Source: the human T2T-CHM13v2.0 reference genome, Homo sapiens
DNA: 64,000 nucleotides
NCBI RefSeq assembly: GCF_009914755.1
Contig: NC_060942.1
Direction: 5' to 3' (one strand)
Part shown: positions 1-14,333 of the stretch, in pieces
Layout: every line of letters starts with the position of its first letter
Numbering within the stretch: position 1 is the first letter of the stretch
Position numbers and translations under genes: made by a program
Notes under the pieces: generated by a model
The model's input: the letters and a program-made list of their open reading frames with translations, nothing else
Database searches by the model: none
What the model was told of the DNA's origin: nothing

Positions 1-114
1 TGCCTAGGTTATATGCAAATACTGCACCATTTTACATAGAGGACTTGAGCATTCATAATTTTGGTATTTGCAGCGGTCCTGGAACCAATTCCATGTGGAT
101 ACCTAGGACAACTG
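1..114. mobile_element. MER2 (Tigger/TcMar DNA transposon) terminal fragment
   Basis: tatatgcaaatactgcaccattttacatagaggacttgagcat...ggtcctggaaccaattcc..ggatac..ggacaactg matches the recalled MER2 end; truncated by the window edge. Confidence 0.75.
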
Positions 115-794
115 TTCTCATCATTTCAACCCCATGAGCAGTTTCACTTGTTAGTATCTCTTTGAGAATTCAGTGAGAAAGTATTTATTGATTATTCACT
201 ATTTGCTTGATCACCTGAGACAGACACTGCCTTTAAGCTTCCGTTTACTGAGTTTGGGCCCAGACTTACAGAGTCAAACCGGGCTTTGCAGAGAGTATTA
301 TATGTAAGCTGAGACCTGTAAGATGAGTTCCATGTTAAACACAGCATTTCTTACACACAGGATAGGAAAGGAACACTGACCCATGTTAGTATTTACCAAT
401 TTGGTAAATTTTCAAGGCTGTTTTTGGATGTGGCTTAATGGGAAAGCCATGGTAACACATATGAGATAGCATTGTTTATATACTCTTAATCTTTTAAATT
501 TGTTTTTCTAAAAGGTGGGTACTTGAGTAATGTCTGTTCATTCTTTTATCAAGTATTTGCTAAGCTTCTAACATGAGCCTCATCAATATGACATTTAGGA
601 ATAAAGCTTGGTTTATCTCACTAGGGTGTCCTACCTCAGAAGGCTGTTTGGTTGAAGATGGAAATATTGTGAACATTGCTGACAATTCATTTATTCACTT
701 CAATATCTCTTTGTGAGGTAACATATCAGTCAGTAGGGATACTATTGTGATCTTAGAAATAACCATAATAAAAGCAATAGGTATGCCAGAAGCA

Positions 795-965
795 CTAAAT
801 TTGAATCCCAGATGGTTCATTCTCTACCTTGAACAATTCACTTAACCCAACTCCTCTCTCCATAAAATGTGGCCAATAAGCCCTGCTAACTTCATAGGTT
901 TATTGCAAGAATAAATTAAAAATATATAAAGCAATTTCTAAGCTGTAAAATGCTATGCACATTGT
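795..965 (+). mobile_element. MIR SINE fragment
   Basis: ttgaatcccag...accttgaacaattcacttaac...ataaaatg...cttcataggtttattgcaagaataaa resembles the MIR core. Confidence 0.6.
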
Positions 966-1634
966 TGGTATGTTTAAGTTTTTCTTCCCATTCTTCTGTG
1001 TGGCGATTACAGACAGAAAATCTGTCTTGTATCTCCTATTTAAGCAAAAGGAAGCAATTAAAGCTGCTTCCATCCTCCTTCTTGCAGCAGCTGACCGATT
1101 CTGATGGGCCAGCTTTATTGCCTCCCTCTTATCCCATCACACAAGTAACCTGCCTTGTGGGATTTGAACCGCTGTGTTCTGGCCTTGTGCCTTCTGTTAA
1201 GTGGATGTACGCCAAATTACTCGAGCAAAACTTCTCTATGGGGTCACTCCCACACAGAGAGCCAGTGCCAGGAAGTGGGGCGAGAAACCAGAGGACTCTA
1301 TTAAATTTCCCATTAACTTTGTTCATATGCCCCTACTTGACCTTTCCTTGGCTGTGTCTCCCTGCTGTCCCCTCATCCGAGCAAAAGGCTGCTAAGCTTC
1401 TAAATGACTTGGAGTGCCTTTGCACTGAGGGTTGAGAGGTGCAAAGGACTCTGCTGGGTACTAGACAGAATGGTCTTTCACAAGCAGTAATAAGTCACGT
1501 TTGAACCCAAGAAACAATTGTGCTTTCAGAAATTCTGTGGCTATTACTAAACATGATTTTTGTTAGTAACGAAATTCAAGTTATTGCTCTTAATTGGGCA
1601 GTGTGATTAGCAATTCAATAGTCCAAATATGTAG

Positions 1635-1855
1635 GTGCTAAACAATAAGTACACATGGAGATAAAGATGGAAATAATACATACCTGGGACTCCAAATGGG
1701 GCAAGGGTGGGAGGCGTGTGAGAGTTGGAAAGTTACCTACTGGGTGCAATGTTCAATATTTGGGTGATGGGTATACTACAAGTGCAATCTCCAACATTTC
1801 ACAATACACCCAGGTAACAAACATGCACATGTACCCCTTGAATGTAAAGTAAAAT
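1635..1855 (+). mobile_element. L1 3' end fragment (L1PB/L1MA-type)
   Basis: gtacacatggagataaagatggaaataata...gtaacaaacatgcacatgtaccccttgaatgtaaagtaaaa is an L1 3'UTR terminus. Confidence 0.8.
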
Positions 1856-2074
1856 TCTCCAAATATTATTTCCTGTGAGCATTGACAATTATTCCTTAAT
1901 TTTAAAAAAAAAGCCTTTATCATCAAATTGGCACATGCAGGTGGTGGTGTCTAGAATTCTGGATATTTCTTGAAAATATGTATTGACTTTTTCAAAAGTA
2001 TTAATGGATATCAAGAAGGTATGATATATCTTTATTCTCACTTATTTTAAATCAGCTTTGATGAGATGAATTGC

Positions 2075-2501
2075 TCTACTAGTTTAAACAGTGTTCCCCA
2101 AAATTCATGTCTACCCAGAATTTCAGACTATACCGTTATTTAGAAATAAGGTCTTTGCAGTTATAATCAAATTAAAATGAGATGGCCCCTAATCTAATGG
2201 CTGGTGTCTCTACAAGAATACAGAAATTTAAATTTGGACAAAGAGATACAGAGAGGAAAAGGCGATGTGAAGACAGAGGCATACCAGTTACACTGGCACA
2301 AGCCAAGAATCCCCCAGGAACACCAGAAGCTAGGAAGAGGCAAGGAAGGCTTCTTCCCTAGAGCCTGCAGAGGGAGCATGGCCCTGCTGACACTTTGATT
2401 TCATACTCTTTGCCTAGAGAACTGTAAGAGAATAAATTTATGTTGTTTTAAGCCACCCAGATTGTGGTACTTTGTTATGGTAGCCCCCGGAAACTAATAT
2501 A
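2075..2501 (+). mobile_element. MLT1C-like MaLR solo LTR
   Basis: aaaattcatgtc..ccagaa, gtctttgcag, agaagctaggaagaggcaaggaagg, ends ggaaactaatata; 5-bp TSD ATTGC at 2070-2074 and 2502-2506. Confidence 0.85.
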
Positions 2502-2886
2502 ATTGCATAAAATAAAATGCAGCAGTTATAAGTGCAATGAATTTTGACAAATATCTGCACCATATAACCATAACACTCAAGATATAAAATATTAGAGCCT
2601 AAAGAGCTCCCCTTTGTCCCTTCCCAGTCTATATCCCCTCTCCGCCTCTGCCAACACACACATACCCAGCTCCAGACAACTCTTGGCTGTGTTCTGTCAT
2701 TAGGTCTACTGTAGAATTTCACATAAGTGGAATCACACAGTTTGTGCTTATTTGTGTCTAGCTTCTTTCATTCAAAATGATTTGAGATGCATCCTTGTTG
2801 ATGTGTATGTCAGTAGTCTGTTCCTTTTTTATTGCTGAATAATACTACGATATATTATCAAAATATGTCATTAAAAATGCACATTA

Positions 2887-3207
<321 letters not shown>

Positions 3208-6200
3208 TCACCTGTTGATGGACATTTAAACTCTTCCAGTCTGGGCTTTTATGAATAAAGCTGCTATAAAAATTTGAACACAAATTTTTAAATGGACATA
3301 TGTTTTCATTTCTCATGGGAAATAAGTAGGAACACAGAATCATGCAGGTGACATGATAAACATATGTTTAACCTTAGAAGAAATGACTAAACTGTTTCTC
3401 AATGATTGCACCATTTTGTGCTCCCACTAGCAGTGTATGAGAGTTCCAGTTGATCAACATCCTAATAATTGATATCATCAGTCTCCTTCATTTTAGCCAT
3501 TCTATGGGGAATGTAATGGTATTCCATTGTTTTAATTTTCATTCCTTAGTCGTTAAATCTTTTATGTGACATTTGTATATCTTCTTTTGTGAGATTCCTG
3601 TTCAATCTTTGACTCATTTACTTAACTGGGTGGTTTGTCATTTTTTTATTAAGCTGTGAGAGTTCTTTATAAATTCTGGATACAAGCACTTTTTCAGATA
3701 CAGTGAAATAATTGTTCCCAATCTGTGGCTTGAATTTTCATTTATTATTTGTGTATTTTAAGGATGAAAGTTTTTTATTTTGATAAGTTTAATTTATCAA
3801 TGATTTTCATTATTGTTTATGAATTTTGTGCCCTAAAAAAATTTCTACTCCAATGCCACAACTATTTTTGACTATGTTTTCTTCTAGAAGTTTTATAGTG
3901 TTTGCATCTATGTTTAGTTCTATGCTCCATTTAAGGTTAATTTTTATGTGTGATGTTAGTTATGGCCATGGTTCACTTTTTTCCCATATGAATAGCCAAT
4001 TCTTACAGCACCATTTGTTAAAAAGATATACTCTCCTTCCTAAATCACCTGTGTAACTTTATTAAAAATAAGTCTACCATGTATGTGTGAGTTGATTTCA
4101 ATTTCTGGATTCTATTCTGTTTCAGAGCAGATATTAAAATATCTTTTTAAAAAAATAATTGGTCTTAACAATGTAAATGTAAAAATGATCCTACTTTATT
4201 TCTATGCTAATCAATTCTACAGATATTTAAGAACCAGCTTATTTCAAGGCATTGAATCAGACTCTGTGAATAATGCAAAATTGATTAATATGATATCACA
4301 AGTCTCAAGAACTATACAATTTTAGGACAAGGTCAAAAATCCATGCTCTAGATGCTTACATTTGGATTGTGGAGAGGTAGAAATGTGTTCATGATGCTCT
4401 GGAATTTTATTCAAATTTTGGTATTATGTGAGCCTTTGTGATTTTTCATAGAGGAATTGAAGGACCTGTCCCTAAAAGAACAACTGCTTCCTAAAAATAA
4501 GAAGAAAATGTTACTGTCACCTCTCTCAACATGCATAGTGGCAGAATTAGTATTACAATTACAAATGGCAGAAAACCAGTTGGTTGATGTGATTTCTGAA
4601 AGAAAACATTGGCACACTGACTAAAATTCTTTTTTGCTGTTTTATAGAATTTAATCAAAATAGTTTGCACTTATAGACAGGTAATCAGATTTAATTTTTT
4701 AAAGAAACTGTATAGCTAAGTTTGTACACACTCATGTACACACTCATCTGTCTTCTTTGTGGCTCATGACAGGTATTGTCTCTGAGCTAATCTTCCCTTG
4801 ACATATTTCTGAAACATAAAACGGAACCAGCCTAAATTTTCCTGTCAAAAACAAATCCACAATGTGGATATTTAATAGATGTTGAGAGAAAATTAGCAGT
4901 GACAAGTTTAATGCTATTTACTTAGGAAATTAAGTTGAGATACTCAGTGAAAGTGGCAGTTAGCAGAAAGCACAGAAGCCATAGGGCAAGATAGCAATTT
5001 CTCTTCCATTGCATGGTAGTGTAGCTCAAAGCATAATATTATTATAGACTTCATGTCCGCAGAACACATATGAGTACAATGAACACTCAGGTACTTCTGG
5101 AAGTATCTGTACACACTCACTGGTTTGGAAGGAAAAAGCAAGTTTAATTCATCAGAAAAAAAGTCATGTGGCTCTTGCAGCCTCAATCCTTTCCTGATGT
5201 TAAAAATCATCTGGTTAAAAATGTTTCTCTCCATGTCCTTCAGATGAGGCACTGTTTCAGACCCCTGTCAACTTGTATTAAGCAGTGCCATCCAGCTTTG
5301 TGTTTTCCTACCTGTTAAGCTGGGCTATGCCCCCTACCCTATTGTGTGTAAATGATTTTCATCTGTTCACAATACATAGAATTTATATAATTTGAGTGTC
5401 TCTGGCCATGGAGAAGGCCCTAGGCCATGCCTTTCAAATTGACATATCCTTCCTTGACTATAGCTAGATTCTCAGAGATTATAAGGAAGAGAATGTGTCT
5501 TCTGAGAATCAATGTTACCTAATTTATGGGGATGTTTTCTCATTACTCTTTTCTAATAACATTCTCTTTCTGCCTCTGCCCTTCTCTCTACCATGTGATG
5601 TAATGTGATATGAACACTCCTATTTTGGAGTGGCAAGAGGACAGGATTTGGAAACAGATTTACAAAAAAATTGGGCTGAAATAAGAGAGTTCTTATGTAC
5701 TAAGTCTTTTGAAAATATTAATGCAGACTTTTGAGATGGGATGGGCGTGAGCTGTCTGTCACACTATAAACCTCTCATGTGGTTTGTGGTTCTTGGTTTC
5801 ATGAGGGTAAATACAATAACCCAAAATAATAACCATGAATTGGAGTATGATGTCTTTATGTAGTCCCATGGCTCCAGGGGCCATTACAACCATAAATCCT
5901 GATACTACTGAGCAAAATTCATCAAAATATCTGTCCAATGGTCATTTCTGAATGCAGTCCGACACTTTATTTCTGTCTAGATATCTAAGATTTTGTGAGA
6001 AAAATAAACAACCCACCACATATGATCTAAGCATATTCTATATATAGAAAAACTTCACTGCTGAGGACCACTTGGAGAGAACAATCATGATTAGTATGGA
6101 ACCAAAGCCGTTATATGATATGCTTAAAGAGTGCAGGTTAATGACTTTTCAGTAAATATAGAAACTTGAAGAAGGCTAACAAATCATTATCAAGCAAAAT

Positions 6201-6719
6201 TCTTTGATCAGCTTTAATGAATAGATAATAAGTAGATCTCTTTCAAAGAAGCACAGCAATTTTTTATGTTAATGGCACTTCTAAAGTGCTTTAAATCAGC
6301 CAGTCCTACAACATGGGCTAAACATTTGCCCTACGATCCTAATTGTATAATTAATTTGCTTAGACATCATGATTTTAAATACATGTAAATATAAAAGTAA
6401 GTTTTATATTATTTAAATTAAATCCTCCATACCCCCAAGAATTCTAAATCTCAAACCATAGTAAGAATTAAAGAGGTTCATGGTGACTGACTGTTTTTGA
6501 TATTTCCCTATAAGTTGTATGGAGTCCGTTTCTAAAGGAGAGAGTTTCTGGAGGCAGTTATCTACCTGAAAAAGTTGACTTAAGATTTCATCTTTTGAAA
6601 ATCACCATTCCCTTGGTATCTACAGTTGTGTATATTGTCAAATAATAAATTAACGATAGATGAAATGGTAGAGAAGAATTTATGTTTGGAAACAGAGAGA
6701 TACAAGCTGAACTAGCAGC

Positions 6720-6905
6720 TCAAATGTGAAGAAGCTGTGCGATCTTAAGCCAGGTATTTAACTTAGTTAACTCTTACTTTCCTTATCTATAAAATGAAAA
6801 ATAAAACTATACAAGAATGTTTGTAAAGGATAAGAAGAGATTAATTGTAAAGTTCCTAGCAGGATTAGTGGCAAATAATAGGCACTCAGTAATGGTAACT
6901 AATAC
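6720..6905 (+). mobile_element. MIR SINE
   Basis: ctgtgcgatcttaagc...tttccttatctataaaatg...ggcaaataataggcactcagtaatggtaact. Confidence 0.7.
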
Positions 6906-8047
6906 TTTTTTGAGATTGTTAGTTTCATTGTTGTAATATGGAATGAAAAAAATGAGAAAAAACAAAAACAAAGAAAAAAGGAATTTGATGCCACTTCCAG
7001 ACATGCAGAGGCACTGGACATTTACAACACGTAATACAAATATTTGTTCTAAACTAGGAAATAAATGACATGGATTGTACAGGTTGTCAAACCATTAACA
7101 CAAATGAATATAAAAATCTGACATTTTAAGCCATTAGAAAAATACACATAAAAGAAATAGATGATAAACTACTACAGAGTTACCAGACCTGAACAATATT
7201 CAATATGTCAGTCCGTCAGATTTTAGAAGACAACAACAAGCATAGCTTGTTGTCATCTTTATCTGCTGATCCAAATAACACACACAAAATCGCATCCATT
7301 GGCTATGTGAATGTCTGAAATGGAAAGAACCATTACCACCAGGGAGAAATGCCATCATTTCTAAATAAAGTATAATAACCCATTTTGACCAATAGAATAC
7401 TAACCCATGATAAATTTATTAGAAAACCACCATTTTAAATTCAGATGAAAGCATTAACACATGCTATTTATTATGAGTTAGTTTACTCTCCCGTCATCTA
7501 TGTGTTTAAATATGATATAATAGAAAATACTTTCATTAATCCCGGTTGACATCCTCCAATAAAATTTCTAAGGTCTGTGAAACACAGAAAGAGAAGTAGT
7601 AGTTCAGAACTCATGCTCAGGTTTGCCACTGAATCATCATTTAGAGACAATGTCAATGAAATAAAACATTTGTGCAGGATAACAGTCACCTGTTGTTAGA
7701 GTAATGCTAAGATGAAAAAGAGAGGTTTTTTTTTTTCCAACTCAAAGCAAAACGGAAATGTTTATTCTCAAATTGGAGATTATGCTTCTTTGAGAATGTT
7801 CTCTCCATCACCCATGCTTCATCTTTTTCATAAATCCCATGATTTGCAAAACAAAAAGGGTGTCTCTTTCAACTTGATCTCTTGGAATTGGCATGCATTT
7901 GATTCATGAAGGAATTAACCAGTCACTAATGTTAAAGAAAAATCTGGGGCACAATAAACATTTAGTGTGTATTTGAGTAAACAACAATTAATTAATTGGA
8001 GAATTATGAAGAATGAACCAAACTTAAAGAGGTTTATTTTTTCGATG

Positions 8048-9370
8048 ACAAAACTGTGTGGTACTGCTGTTGGATACACAGACCAATGGAACAGAATAGA
8101 GAGACCTGAAAAAAAGTTTACACACCTACAATCATCTGATCTTCAACAAAGTTGATAAAATAAGCAATGAGGAAAAGATTCCTTACTCAATAAATGATGC
8201 TGGCAATTGACTCAAGATTCATTAAAGACTTAAATGTAAGATCTCAAACTATAAAAATCCTATAAGAAAACCTAGGAAATACCCATCTTGATATTGGCCT
8301 TCACTAAGTCCTTGAAAGCAATTGTGATAAACACAAAAATTGACAAGTGGAACCCATTTAAACTAAAGAGTTTCCGCACAACAAAAGAAACTATCAACAG
8401 AGTAAATAGACAACCTACAGAATGGGAGAAAATATTTATAAACTATGCATCCAATGAAGGTTTAGTACTTAGAATCTATAAGGAACTTAACAAATTAACC
8501 AGCAAAAAAACCAAACAACTCTATTAAAAAATGAGCAAAGGGCATGAACAGACACTTCTCAAAAGACATACAAGTGGCCAAGAAACATATGAAAAAATGC
8601 CAACACCACTAATCATCAGAGAAATGCAAATGAAAACTACAATGAGATACCATCTCACCAATCAGAATAGCTTTGTTAAGAAGTCAAAAAATAACATGTT
8701 GGCAAGCCTGCAGAGAAAAAGAAACACTTATACACTGTTAGTGGTAATGTAAATTAGTTCAGCCTCTGTGGAGAGACATTTGGAGATTTCTCAAGAAACT
8801 GAAGAGTTGAACTACCATTTGACCCAGGAATCCCATTGCTGGGTAAATACCCAAAGGAAAATTAATTGTTCTACCAAAAGACATATGCAACTGTATGTTC
8901 ATCATTGGGCTATTCACAGTAACAAAAACATGGAATCAACCCAGGTGTGCCCATCAACAGTGATATGGATAAAGAAAATGTGGTACATATAAATCATGGA
9001 ATAGTATGCAGCCATAAAAAAGAAAGAAATCATGCCCTTTGCAGCAACATGGATGAAGCTGAAGGCCATTATCCTAGGTGAACTAACATGGGAGAAGAAA
9101 ACCAAAGACTGCATGTTCTCACTCATAAGTGAGAGCTAAACATTTGGTAGATGTGGATATAAACATGGGAACAATAGATACTGGGGACTACTAGAGGGGG
9201 AAAAGAGGGCGGGAGGCAAGGGCTGAAAAAGTACTTATTGGATACTATGCTCATTACTTGAGTAATGGTTTCATTTGTACTCTAAACCTTAGCATCACAC
9301 AATATACCTTCGTAAAAAACCTGCAAATGTACCCCTGATTCTAAAATAATGGCTTTAAAAAAAAGAAAAA
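8048..9370 (+). mobile_element. 5'-truncated L1 (L1PA15-17/L1PB-like), ORF2 C-terminal region plus 3'UTR, with internal deletions
   Basis: ORF pieces translate to L1 ORF2 (DQWNRIE, KETINRVNRQPTEWEKIF, IIREMQMKTTMRYHLT); 3'UTR and A-rich tail at ~9357-9370. Confidence 0.95.
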
Positions 9371-9384
9371 TACAGAAACAAAAC

Positions 9385-9646
9385 AAGGAATTATTTGATT
9401 GCTTTGCCTAGTTTTAGGTACCTTGTTGAAAAGCCCCAGATCACATCATTGTATGTTGGTTGACTGCTTATAATTGGCTGGGACTAAGTTTTATTTCTGT
9501 CTAACACAAGCATTACCAGAAATGACCCAAGTTAAGTTTCACAAATGTTTGCAACTTACGCGAGTTTGAGGTCACTTATGAGGGCTAACTGGTTTTGTCT
9601 GCTCAGGGATTCTTCAGGCCTGGTCTCCATTTTAATTTACTTCAAC
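9385..9646 (-). mobile_element. ERV1-class LTR fragment (MER93/MER57-like)
   Basis: Reverse complement begins tgttgaagtaaattaaaatggagaccaggcctgaagaatccctgagcagacaaaaccagttag, a recognisable ERV1 LTR 5' end; subfamily uncertain. Confidence 0.6.
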
Positions 9647-9708
9647 ACTAAGAAACATGAGATTACACCTGAGGTTCACTTTGTGTGTTAGTGCACTATC
9701 TAGACATC

Positions 9709-10101
9709 TGTGATTTTCTTTTTTGATCTACTAACCAGGCTAAACTACAGTTTTCAATCATTCAACCAAGCATTAATCTAGGTGTTGCTATGAAGGTAGT
9801 TTGTAGGTGTAATTAAAGTCTATAAACAGTTGAACTTTAAGTAAGGGTAGGGCTGATAACGGCAGTTCAAAGGTTTTAAATCAGAGGTGAGACTTCCCTG
9901 AAGGGAAGAAAATTCTGCCTGGGGACAGCAGCTCCAGTCCCTGCCTGAGAATTCCAGCTCGCTCTTCCTGATGTTCTGACCTACAGATTTCCAACTTGCC
10001 TGGCCAGCCCCTACAATAATATAAGCCAATTACTTGTAACAAATCTCTTAATATATATCTTCTATTGATTCTGTTCCTCTGGCTGAACCCTGAATGATAC
10101 A
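9709..10101 (+). mobile_element. MLT2 (ERVL) LTR, MLT2E/F-like
   Basis: taatctaggtgttgctatgaaggta, gaagaaaattctgcctg, ends ttctgttcctctggctgaaccctgaatgataca. Confidence 0.8.
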
Positions 10102-11017
10102 ACATCCTTTTTGAAAATCCACATTTAAATATCCAACTTAAGGTTGGTCCAGTTCTTCAACACCATTGCACTACATAAGGCCTGCACTTTATAAAACAAC
10201 CATTTAGCATGTATTGAAAAAAATCTTAGATATGATTGATTAGCTGCAATATGTTAAATAGCTGTTTATGAAATATCATATTTCCAAGTTTTGCATACTA
10301 ATATGTTCCTCTAAATATGGGAAAATATGGCCTCATGAAGATTAATGAAGCCTCTTTTTGTTACCAAAGATAAGGCCAGCTAATGCTTCTGGAGGCATCA
10401 ACATGATATATAAACCTTTTAACTACAGGGTTGTCATGATTTGACCAAAATATCAACCTGTGATCTCAGATTCAGTTATTCAATGCCCTTTGATAGTCTC
10501 AGTATATCAGTTAATAAGTGTGCAGTATAGTTTATAACTGTAAACTAAGAAAAAATCAGCTTAGCAATAGACATTGGCATTCTAGCCTTCTATAGCAAGG
10601 TCACTTCTAATATTTACAAATAATTCTAATTTATTTAATTATCAGGTAGATATCAGAAGGTAAGAGTAATCATTAAACAACAAAGCAGTTGTTAATTTTT
10701 CATCGCTAAATTACCATGGCAGATTTTCTTTCTGTTTTCCTTTTGACTGTAGCAAGACAAATCTCCATGGAAATGAGAATGTGTTGTAATGCTTCTATGA
10801 GATAAAACTCACTTATTCCCTTTGAAATCATCTCTGGATCCAGATTGTCCCTTTAATACTGCTGATCTATGCTATGTAAACAGGTGTGCTTTCCTTCATG
10901 CTTCATGTGTACAGTTTTCACTCCTCCTATAGAATGTGATAAGTGGGCTTTTTCACTCCCATTTTTTTTTTCTTTTACTTGAATCTTCAGAACTTGGTAT
11001 GTTAGAATTTTGCACCT

Positions 11018-11410
11018 TGTATTAGTCTGTTTTCACGCTGCTGATAAAGACATACCTGAGACTGGGTAATTTATAAAGGAAAAGCGTTGAACTACCATTT
11101 GACCCATGTGAGTCTTAATGGACCCACAGTTCCACATAGCTGGAGAGGCCTCACAATCATGGTGGAAGGTGAAAAGCGTATCTTACACGGTGGCAGACAA
11201 GAGAGAATAAGAGCCAAGCAAAAGGGAAAACCCCTTATAAAATCATCAGATCTCATGAAACTTATTTACTACCATGAGAACAGTATAGGGGGAAACCACC
11301 CTCATGATTCAATAATCTCCCATCAGGGCCCTCCCTCAACACATGGCAATTATGGAAGCTACAATTCTAGATGAGATTTGGGTGGGGACAGAGCCAAACT
11401 CTACCATATC
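11018..11410 (-). mobile_element. THE1B-like MaLR solo LTR carrying a small foreign insertion
   Basis: tgtattagtctgttttcacgctgctgataaagacatacctgagactggg...gagatttgggtggggacagagccaaac..ccatatc. Confidence 0.9.
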
Positions 11411-11436
11411 TGAAGCTCCTTGAAAGTTAGCATATG

Positions 11437-11764
<328 letters not shown>

Positions 11765-12164
11765 TTAAAGGAATTTGATAAAGTTGGAGCAGCCCATTTG
11801 GGTTTGAAAAAATAAAAAATAATAAGAGCAAAAGAACTAGGGAGAATATGCCATAGCCTTCCTACCTCATAAGTATTTCCTGTTGTTGAAGGCAAACACC
11901 AGCTAAACTCTGAAGCAAGGAGGAATAACCGGAAAATTAGATTCCTAATACCATTTCTCCCATCAAGTCTAATTATATGTCAATTCAAATATAAGGCATA
12001 TTTTAATTGGCCCTTAGATTCCATAAGGAAATTAAAGCATATTTACTTTCAATAAGTAATTATAATTTTCTCATATTGACATTCATTGCAAAGACCAAGG
12101 CTTAGCCCACGTTGTTGGAATTAATAGGGGATATACAGGAAAAGAGCTTCTTAAACTAATATAT

Positions 12165-12720
12165 ACCTTTGTTAGGAAATATTGGGTTGCAAGCAAAAGA
12201 GATGTACTTAAACCATCTTACATAAAAGGGAGACTTCATTTTAAGAATATTCAAGTGCATTGTGGTCCCAGATATATCATGGAACCCAGAACCGGAAAAA
12301 AGCAGAGGCACAGCCAATCCCTGTCTCCACTTTCTCTGAAACACATGGAATTATCACTCTGCCTCACTCTACATGTCTTCTTCATGATTTTCTTCTTCTG
12401 CAAAGCAATTTCCCTGGGTCTACGTTCACGTGATTATCAATGCCTTGCTTATGTGATCTTTCAGTTTAAAATACCGACAGACTAACCAGTGTTTTTGAAT
12501 CCCAATTTTAAATTGCTTGGTAAATAAACCATTTGATTGGCTAATCTTGTTCTGGGTCTACCACTACTTTGGCTCAACTCAAATTCTAGTTTTTCCCAGA
12601 AAGGTGGAGTCTTTGGCCACCTTCCTACATAGCAGGGGTCATGACACAAGACTTTCCAAAACCAAAGGTAGTTTTCAGAGAAATAAATGGGAGCTGGGTG
12701 GGTGGACACACCACCCTATC
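12165..12720 (-). mobile_element. Ancient MLT1 (MLT1N/O-like) LTR
   Basis: gttaggaaatattgggttgcaagcaaaaga...aaagggagacttcatt; tttgattggctaatcttg resemble old MaLR LTR motifs; highly diverged. Confidence 0.45.
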
Positions 12721-14010
12721 CAATAGAAGTGTGAATAGAATCCTAATCCCTAAATTTAAGAAACTCTATGTCTTTTCTGAATTTTCACTCCTGACTTTCT
12801 GAAAAATGTTTAATTTTCACCTATTGATTCAGTAGAATGATAAATAGTATTCACTTCTACTCTCAAAATTCTCCCCGTTTGAATGATAAATGTAGATGTA
12901 GCAGGTATGCACTTGAATCAAATTTCTCTTTATTTCAAGGTGGTGGTGTTGATAGAGTGGTTCAGTTGACTAATGTATGACAGGACACCCTTCCGATGCA
13001 GCTATATTTAAATATACTTAAATCTGTATGGGAACCGATCTAGCAGCAGTGAACTAAAAATTAGTAGAGTTACGACTAATGGCACTGAGGAAGACATGAC
13101 AGTTACAGAAATAAGGGATTTCAGGGGAGAAACAGATTCAAACTATTAGAAGAGTGGGGAAAGACTCTTACTGTGAAAAGCTCTGTTGACGTTAAGGTCT
13201 GTCGGCTTTTTCTGAGCCCAGGACTCTCTGCAGAGACTTTTGGAGGAAGTGGTAAAGCAGCTGGTGAAAATCATAAGCTTGGAGCAATCTCCACTGAGTG
13301 AAGAAAAATGTTTTAAATGCATTTGCTTCACCTGATCCATTTGCTTCTACAATGGTCTCTATAATGAGATTTTCTTACAATTTCATAGAGATGGTCAACT
13401 CCCCCATTGCACAGGACTCTTAGGAAGTCTTTCTAGCATTTTTCCTAATTAGAGAATATACTGCCACCAACTGAATTGTTCACACTGATGGGGTCAACTA
13501 CTCCTTTCACCTAATGCAACCTTTCCCTAGAAAGGTATTAAGTCATCATTAACAACAATGAAATCACCATATTCGGTAGCAAATGTTAAAGTGAATAATT
13601 TGGGTACAATTTACTTTTAATACAGGCAAATAAAAAACTTGCACAAGTTCACTGTGGATTACATTTTGATTTCACTGTAGATATCAAATATAAGGACTTG
13701 TCCTGAATCCCTCTGAGCTGGGTGAGATTTCTATCAGATAAGAAGCCAAATCTTAGTAAGGCTTATGCTTAAAACTACTTTGCAAATAGAAAAGAACTTT
13801 CAATAATTAAATCTAATGAATACATGCAATCACTCTGAGAAATAAGCTGTATTTTCAAGTAGATTTGAACAAGAGACTTTGTAGGGACATTAGGACCCAT
13901 TATCCCAGCACACTTGGGCTTTGAGAAGTCAAGCAAGAACTAGCCCTGTCCAAAGTCCTTCTCAAAACTGCTTTATATGACCACTTCCTTTATTACTTTC
14001 ACTTACTCCA

Positions 14011-14333
<323 letters not shown>

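Noticed and set aside
950-1435. 161-aa ORF
   Set aside because: Starts inside a MIR, has no recognisable domain and no promoter or splice context; treated as a chance ORF
4445-4624. Open + strand frame (EELKDLSLKEQLLP...HWHTD*) after a weak AG acceptor
   Set aside because: No recognisable homology and a poor pyrimidine tract; cannot be supported as an exon
8288-9126. L1 ORF2-like peptides
   Set aside because: Fragments of a truncated, frameshifted L1
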